Part shown: piece after piece, positions 56,772 through 64,000 of the stretch | Layout of the letters: every line of letters begins with the position of its first letter | Numbering within the stretch: the first letter of the stretch is position 1 | Assembly: GCF_009914755.1 (NCBI RefSeq) | Contig: NC_060927.1 | Direction: 5' to 3' (one strand) | Source of the DNA: the human T2T-CHM13v2.0 reference genome, Homo sapiens | Length of the DNA: 64,000 nucleotides | The notes under the pieces: model-generated | What the model saw: only the letters and a program-made list of their open reading frames with translations | The model's database searches: none | What the model was told of the DNA's origin: nothing | Program-made: the position numbers and the translations under genes

Positions 56772-57730
56772 GTTATGGAATTTAACTGAAAAATGGCAAG
56801 ATCTTTAAATTTGGAGAAGAGACTTTATTTCTTATAAGGGGTTACAGCCTGTAAGGTGGCTGTTCTCATGGGCTGGGAAGTATAGCCTCTGGCTAAAGCC
56901 TTTAGCAGGTGCTCAAAGCAGGTACTCAAAGCACCTGTTTGAGGGAGGGAGGGGTAAGACAGGAATTTATGCTTGCAGGGGTGGACAAGTTTACATATTC
57001 AGCAAATTATAGGAGGAGCTGTGGATATTCATAAAAGAAGGCAGTGTGCACGTGTGATAAGCAAGCGTGCATGTTGCATGTGTCCCATGTTCACCTTGGG
57101 GTGGAGACTTAAATGTATTACAGTTAGGCCTTATATGTCAAAAGATGAAGCTGGGGCGGCATGAAGGCACTCAGTGCACAGCCTCCTCAAACCAGCCAGA
57201 GCCAGTCCATGGTGGGTGGTCTCTTATTAGGAGAAAGTCATAGAAATCAGTCTCTTGTCCAGTCAATCCAATCAAAGCTGTAGCTTGGCTGGTAGAACAG
57301 GGGGCTTAGTTAGTCAGTGTCTGACGGTGGCTGAGCTGCAATTGTTTCGACATTGCTTATCTTGAGGCCAGTGCTTGTTTAGCTGCTGGTGAAAAAGAAA
57401 AACCTCATGGCAGTGAGAACAGAATTCATTCTTTAAGTGTGGGGTGCATGGCTTAACCCTTGCCTGGCACAGCCTTAGGTCTTGTTTATAATTTGGCATC
57501 GTATTGCCACAGATTCCATTCTGTCAAGTCTTATGATCTCTATTTTAACATTAGTGCTGGTCAGATGTTGTGTCTAAACTGAAAGAGGGAAGGAGTGTAA
57601 TGATGTGTGTCCAACCTCCCATCACATCATGACTGGGAACTCAATCTTTAAGGTTTTTCTGGGATCCCCTTGATCAAGAGGGGGCTTGTTCAGTCAGTTG
57701 AGGAGTTTAGGATTTTGTTTTTAGGTCTCA
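56772..57730 (-). mobile_element. ERV1 solo LTR, MER4 group (MER4/MER49-like)
   Basis: Reverse complement begins TGAGACCTAAAAACAAAATCCTAA...CAACTGACTGAAC...CAAGGGGATCCC...GACCAGCACTAATGTTAAAATAGAGATCATAAGAC. Confidence 0.75.
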
Positions 57731-58118
57731 GGGGCAGCCCTCATGCCCAGCTGTGTGAACTAAACCATGAGCAGTGGAAGGGGTCTATGTTGTAAGAGTC
57801 AGAGCAGTCAGGAAGGCTTCCAGGAGGTGGTGAGGCCTAAGTGCTCCTTGGAAGAGAGCAGGACGTAGTTAAGTAGAAAGGAGGAGAAAAGTTTATAGGA
57901 GGCAAAAACAGATGGGATGAAGGCATAGAATCCAGCCATTAGCCGGCTGTTTGAAGTCATGGCTGGACCTTTCCAGAATTAAGTGCGATGGGGAGGGCTG
58001 TGTCTTGTTTGAGCCAACACTGGCCCTTTCTTGCCATCAAACATGGGGAGCTGCTAATCACAATCACAGTCACTCTCTTAGGATTCCAGAAGGTGAGAGA
58101 GCTGAAAGGAGCATTTAG

Positions 58119-59050
<932 letters not shown>

Positions 59051-60762
59051 TAGGAGATCACTGGAAGGAAAACTGCAGCTTCTCACTTGTTCCTTGCTCA
59101 GGGCTATTCAGCAGGTTGGAGGCCAAGTCAGGAGTAGAAATCAGGCCTCCTGATCCCTCATTCAGGGTGTTCCAAGATAGCATGCTGCTTCTGCAAATTT
59201 GTTACACACTGTAGCCAGAACCAAAGATCTCTCCAAAATTAAAGGTCTTTTAAGTAGCTGGGCCAAACCCACAGTCACACCAGCCTAACTTCAGGAACTG
59301 GACTAGTCAGCATGATCTGGAAACTGACCAGCTGGTCCTGGGGAAGCCAGGGGGCCACTGTTGCGTCCCTCCTTCTCCCCTCGCTTGTCCTGGCAGGCAC
59401 TCACTCTCCTCCGCCTCCTCTTCCTGCTCCTGGTGACAGCTGGGATAAAGAGTGAGCCACCTCTCCCTGAGTACCTGTCTCTGAGTTTTCCAGCAGCTGT
59501 TGAAGGCTGTGCTGGAAACCCCCACCTGTGTTCCCTGCCTGCCCCAGTGGTCCCCAGGGGACTTGGAGACTGTGTTCTCCTGGAGCCTAGTGCCCCATGT
59601 ATCTGGGTTTCTGAGCACTCTCCCGTCTCCAGATGTGACTTCAGAATTCTCCAGCTGGCCCCTTCATTGGGACCCTCAACACATGGAAGACTCACAAGGA
59701 AAATTTCCCCAGGGCTTGAAACAGCCATGGAAGGTGGCCCCTTCCTTGTGTGTGGATGTGGGTTATTTTAGGGGGGCTGCGTGGCTGAAGAGGCTGGCGC
59801 ATACGGGGCATCGGGGGCACCTCAGATGTAGCCTGTGACCTAGAGATGTTTATTGAGGCTGTGTGGGGATTCTGGGCACAGGAAACTGTGTGAACCAAAC
59901 ACACCCAGAGGTAGGAAAAAATAGAGTGGGCTTAAGGGATCACCTGGAGCTCCATGTGGCATGGAGGAGTGGTGGAGGGGACTGGGAACAGCCCTGAGCT
60001 GAGCCACAGGGGCCCCTTTCTGTAAGCGCTGGGAGCCTCTGCAGCCACTCAAGGGTGCAGGTGACAGAAGGAGGCTGTGGGAATGGCTAGGAGGCTGGAG
60101 CTCAGAGTGAATGAGAGACAGGCCAGTCAAGGGTACAGGGAGGGTCAGAGCTTGGGTCCAAGATGAGGGATGGGAAGCCTGGACTTCAGAGGTAGAGCAG
60201 TGTGGAGTGTGGGTGAGGCCCAGGCTGGAGGGAGTGGAGGGAGACACTGCTGAGAGACATCTGAGGAGGAGGGAGGTCTCAAGGAGGTGAGCACAGGGCA
60301 TTCAGATTGGAGTGCCCAGTGACCACAGGTGCAGGGGGACAGGTGTGAACTGATGGGGGTGTGTGCCGAGCCAGACACAGAGGCTTTGGGGGCGAGGAGC
60401 TTGGCAAAGGACTGGCAGAGACCAGTGAAAGAAAGAGGTGGCTGTTAACATCAGGCTGCGCCATCTTAAAGGCCGAGCAGGTGTGGACCCAGGAGGCCTG
60501 TACGCAGAGAGGGGAGGCGACGAGATAGGCATCTTGAGGTTGTTCCTTCCTCTCCCACAGGTAGGACATGGTGGGGAAGGATTGTGTGGACCCTGGGCAT
60601 ACTTGGGGACCATCCTGAGGGACAGGCCAAAAGGCCTGGGGTTCCCTGGCCTCTGTAATAATAAAGCGATGCTAATGCCTCACTCCCCTGTAGCTCTTTA
60701 CTGATTATGAAGAGCTTTTCCATCCACAACCCTTTGCTGTCTTTGTGTGACAGCCTCTGAAA

Positions 60763-61238
60763 CAGTGGTTCTCAAAACTTTTTGGTCTCAGACCCACCTC
60801 CCCTCTTAAAAATGATCGAGGGCCCCAAAGAATTTTTGTTTCTGTGAATCACATCTCTGCAATGTTTACCACATTAGAAAGTAAATCAGAAAATTTTGAA
60901 ACATCTTTTAATGCATTTTAAAATAACAAACCCATTACATGTTAATACAAGTAGCACTTTTATGCAAAAAATAAATAAATAAATAAATAAATAAACCACC
61001 CTGTTTTCTAAAACAATCAAGAAAAAACAAAAGAGTGACATTTTTACATTTTTACAAATATTAATGTCTGGCTGAACAGAAGGTAGCTGGATTCACCTAT
61101 CCACTTCCCCACTCGGTTGGTTGGAATTGTTTTGGTTGACTTAAATGAATAATATCTAGGCTCATACAGATATGTAGTTGGAAAAGGTAGGACTTTACAT
61201 ACCTCAGAGGTTCTCAGGCTATATTTTGGGAACTGATG
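60763..61238 (+). mobile_element. hAT-Charlie DNA transposon (Charlie4a-like) containing (AAAT)n
   Basis: CAGTGGTTCTCAAAACTTTTTGGTCTCAG 5' terminus; TTTTGGGAACTGATG 3' terminus. Confidence 0.7.
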
Positions 61239-62213
61239 TCCTCGAAGGAGGCTGAGCACCCAGTTTTACAGTTGGAAAAACTAAGGCATGGAGACAGAGG
61301 ACCCGGATTCTTGACTCTTTGTGTGACCCGCTGTCTAACACTGAGGTTCCCTGGACCCCTCCCGACCTGCCCGGGTCCCAGAATAGCCAAGTGTTGAACC
61401 AGCTGGTTTGCTGGGGACCAGGGAGGAGGCCAGTAGCCCTGGGGACAGCCTCAGGCAGGGGCAGGTGGCCTGATGTTAACACCCATAGCTTCAGCTTGAG
61501 AAATGCCATAGCAATAGCATGGGCCTTGGCACCCCCAGCCCCCAAGCTCCTGGGAGGAGCCCTGTTCCCAGAAGCCTGTCCCTGGACTCTGCCGTCAGCC
61601 TCGGAGTTCATTTCCTGGTTAAACAAACATCTATATTAAATGGCCCAGTTGGGCAACGCCCAGAAGCAGTTTCTGCGTGCCTCGGGCACACAGCCTGCCA
61701 GGCCTCCCCGTTGGCCGCCTGGCGAAGACACATCCATCATCGCAGAGTCACTGAAGCAGGACTGCCCCGTGCGTCCCACCCAGAATCTGCACGTCTGGCA
61801 GGAGGGGCTGGGTGGGACGTGCAGAGGGGCCCGTGTCTGGACCCTACCAAAAGCCTGTCCTCGACAGCTTGGAGATTGTAACAGTGGTAATGATGGCAAC
61901 TCCAGAAGTTTGGGTATGGTGTGACGGCTGCCATCCATCATCTGACCTCATCCTGGCAGGATAGGAACGCCCACCTGTTTGCCAGATGAGGAAACAGAGG
62001 CATCTGAGAGGGGCTCGCCCACGGTCACACAGCCACCCATGGCCTTGTTTGGGGGAGGATCCAGGCATCTTGACTTCCAGCATAGTTGTCTTTGTGCCAT
62101 TGTGGCCACGTTCTGAGGATCCGGAGTGAGGAAGCCTGAGTGCAGAGGGGCAAGCCCAGGCTGCTCTGATGTGTGTCTGCTCTGATGAAAAGCACAGCAG
62201 GATAAAGATGGGG

Positions 62214-62446
62214 CAGGGGCCCTTAACCAGGGGTGACGTCTTGCATCACCCCAAGCCCTAGGACATTTGGCAGTATCTAAAGACATTTTTGATTGTCACA
62301 GTGGGGGTTGAGGGAGTAGAGGCTCCTATTGTCATCCAGTGGGTAGAAGCCAGGGATGCCATTAGTTATCCTGTAATACGTAAGAACAGCTTCTACAGCA
62401 AAAACTATTCTTCAGAATGTCAACAGTCCAAGATGGAGAAACCCTG
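62214..62446 (+). mobile_element. MER20 DNA transposon
   Basis: GGACATTTGGCAGTATCTAAAGACATTTTTGATTGTCACA...CATCCAGTGGGTAGAAGCCAGGGATGC...GAGAAACCCTG. Confidence 0.85.
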
Positions 62447-63172
62447 GGGTGGAAAATGATTTGGGGTGTTCTTTAGGTCAGGCAGTCATGGATGACTGTG
62501 CTGAGGTTGTGACTTTTGAGCAGAGACCTGAAGGAACCAGAAAATACAAATGAAAAGATCTGGGGAAGAGCATTGCAAGAAGAGGGAACAGCACATGCAG
62601 AGGCCCTGAGTCAGGAAGGCATCCTCAAGAAGCCAGTGTGTGAGACCGGGTTGGTTATTCTCTACCAGATCTCAGATGAAAACACTGAGGCTCAGAGATA
62701 AGGGCTCACCAGAGGTCATACCATGAAACAGTGCTGGAGCTGGGTTTGAAATGGATGTGATTGATTCCAGAGTCCATTTGCTTTCCACTGTCTCTGCTGC
62801 TACTGTCAGAGGAGTGGCCCAGCCTTCATTTTGCAGTTAAGGCCTTTCCCTTACTCGATTCTATAAATTTTTTTTTCTTCTTCTATCCCTGGTTACTTGG
62901 TTTTGTTCCTGGCACCACCTCAGTGACAAAAACAACAAGGATAATGATGGCCAATAATTCCATAGTGCTTGCTGTGTGCCAGGCACAGTTCCAAGTGTGA
63001 GAGATTCTCTATATAGACACTCATCTGATCCTTATGACATGCATGTGTGCTGGATACTATTCTCCTACTGTGCCCATTTCACAGGTAAGAAAATTGAGGC
63101 ACAGAGAGCTAAATGACTTGTTCAACAAATAAGAGTTAGAGACAGGAAACTGCCTAGTTCCAAAGCCCATGC

Positions 63173-63453
63173 TTTTTTTTTTTTTTTTTTGAGACGGAGT
63201 CTCACACTGTCGCCCAGGCTGGAGTGCAATGGCGCAATCTCGGCTCACTACAACCTCCGCCTCCTGCCTCAGTCTCCCGAGTAGCTGGGATCACAGGCGC
63301 CCACCACCATGCCCGGCTAATCTTTTTGTATTTTTAGTAGAGACAGGGTTTCGCTGTGTTGGCCAGGCTGGTCTCGAACTCTTAACCTCATGTTCCACCC
63401 GCCTTAGCCTCCCAAAGTGCTGGGATTACAGGCGTGAGCCACTGTGCCCGGCC
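63173..63453 (-). mobile_element. Alu (AluS-type) with internal deletion
   Basis: Full ends; TSD AGCCCATGCTTT. Confidence 0.93.
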
Positions 63454-64000
63454 TCAGAGCCCATGCTTTTAACCACAACACTATGCAGTGACTTTCTCAG
63501 CAGTGATTTTCTCATCACTAGAGTGGATCACTCACTTGACGAGTGGCTTCTTAAGTTTAGTAACACACAAGGTTCAGCACAGAAGGGAATTTAGAGGTTA
63601 GTTTGTCCACATATGAGGAAACTGAGGCTTGACCTTGAAAGTGATTTGTATAGAGTTGTACCAGGAGGCAGGTGTTCCCAGCTGAGTGCCCTCTGCTCTG
63701 CCATGGGCCACCGCTGCCAGCCACGCCTGCACATTCACAGCCTCCCCCGTCTATTTCATCAGGCCGCCACAGCGTGTCTTTGCATCTCTGGATCCCAGCC
63801 ACTAGTTGTGTCTGATATCCGGCAGGTTTGGGGCCACCCAGCAGGAGCCTGCTTGTGGCAGAAGGCCCAGGCATCTGTCTCAGCCCAGCCCATCCTTCCT
63901 GTTTATAGACATAATCTCAGTCTATTTCCAGATCATATAGGTGTGGAAGCTGGGGCTCACCATCTGAGGTCAGCCTGCAGAGTTAGTGCTTCCCAAGGGG

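Overview
Human (primate) genomic DNA covering the 5' half of FGD5 (FYVE, RhoGEF and PH domain-containing 5; endothelial Cdc42 GEF) on the + strand. It has two supportable coding exons: a giant 2,641-nt exon (3421-6061) encoding the disordered N-terminal region, and a 133-nt exon (48575-48707), separated by a 42.5-kb GT-AG intron. The DH/PH/FYVE exons lie beyond the right edge. The rest is intronic and repeat-rich (17 Alus, L1M, L2 and MIR remnants, MER33/MER5/MER20/Charlie DNA transposons, MLT1 and MER4-group LTRs, microsatellites). I found no prokaryotic-type system (CRISPR, operon, etc.). The best leads are: (1) the giant exon has a strong splice acceptor and an open in-frame N-terminal extension, so it is an internal exon; (2) it is flanked by inverted Alus, and its back-spliced circle would encode a 908-aa GEF-less protein; (3) a MIR-derived GGG|GTGAGT donor 129 nt downstream is exactly in frame; (4) a 594-bp antisense retrocopy of an unidentified mRNA 3' end, with TSD and poly(A) signal; (5) dense GATA/RUNX/SOX and ETS/FOX/SOX motif clusters in the intron. 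Repeat family names come from recognition of consensus sequences by eye, and repeat boundaries are approximate.
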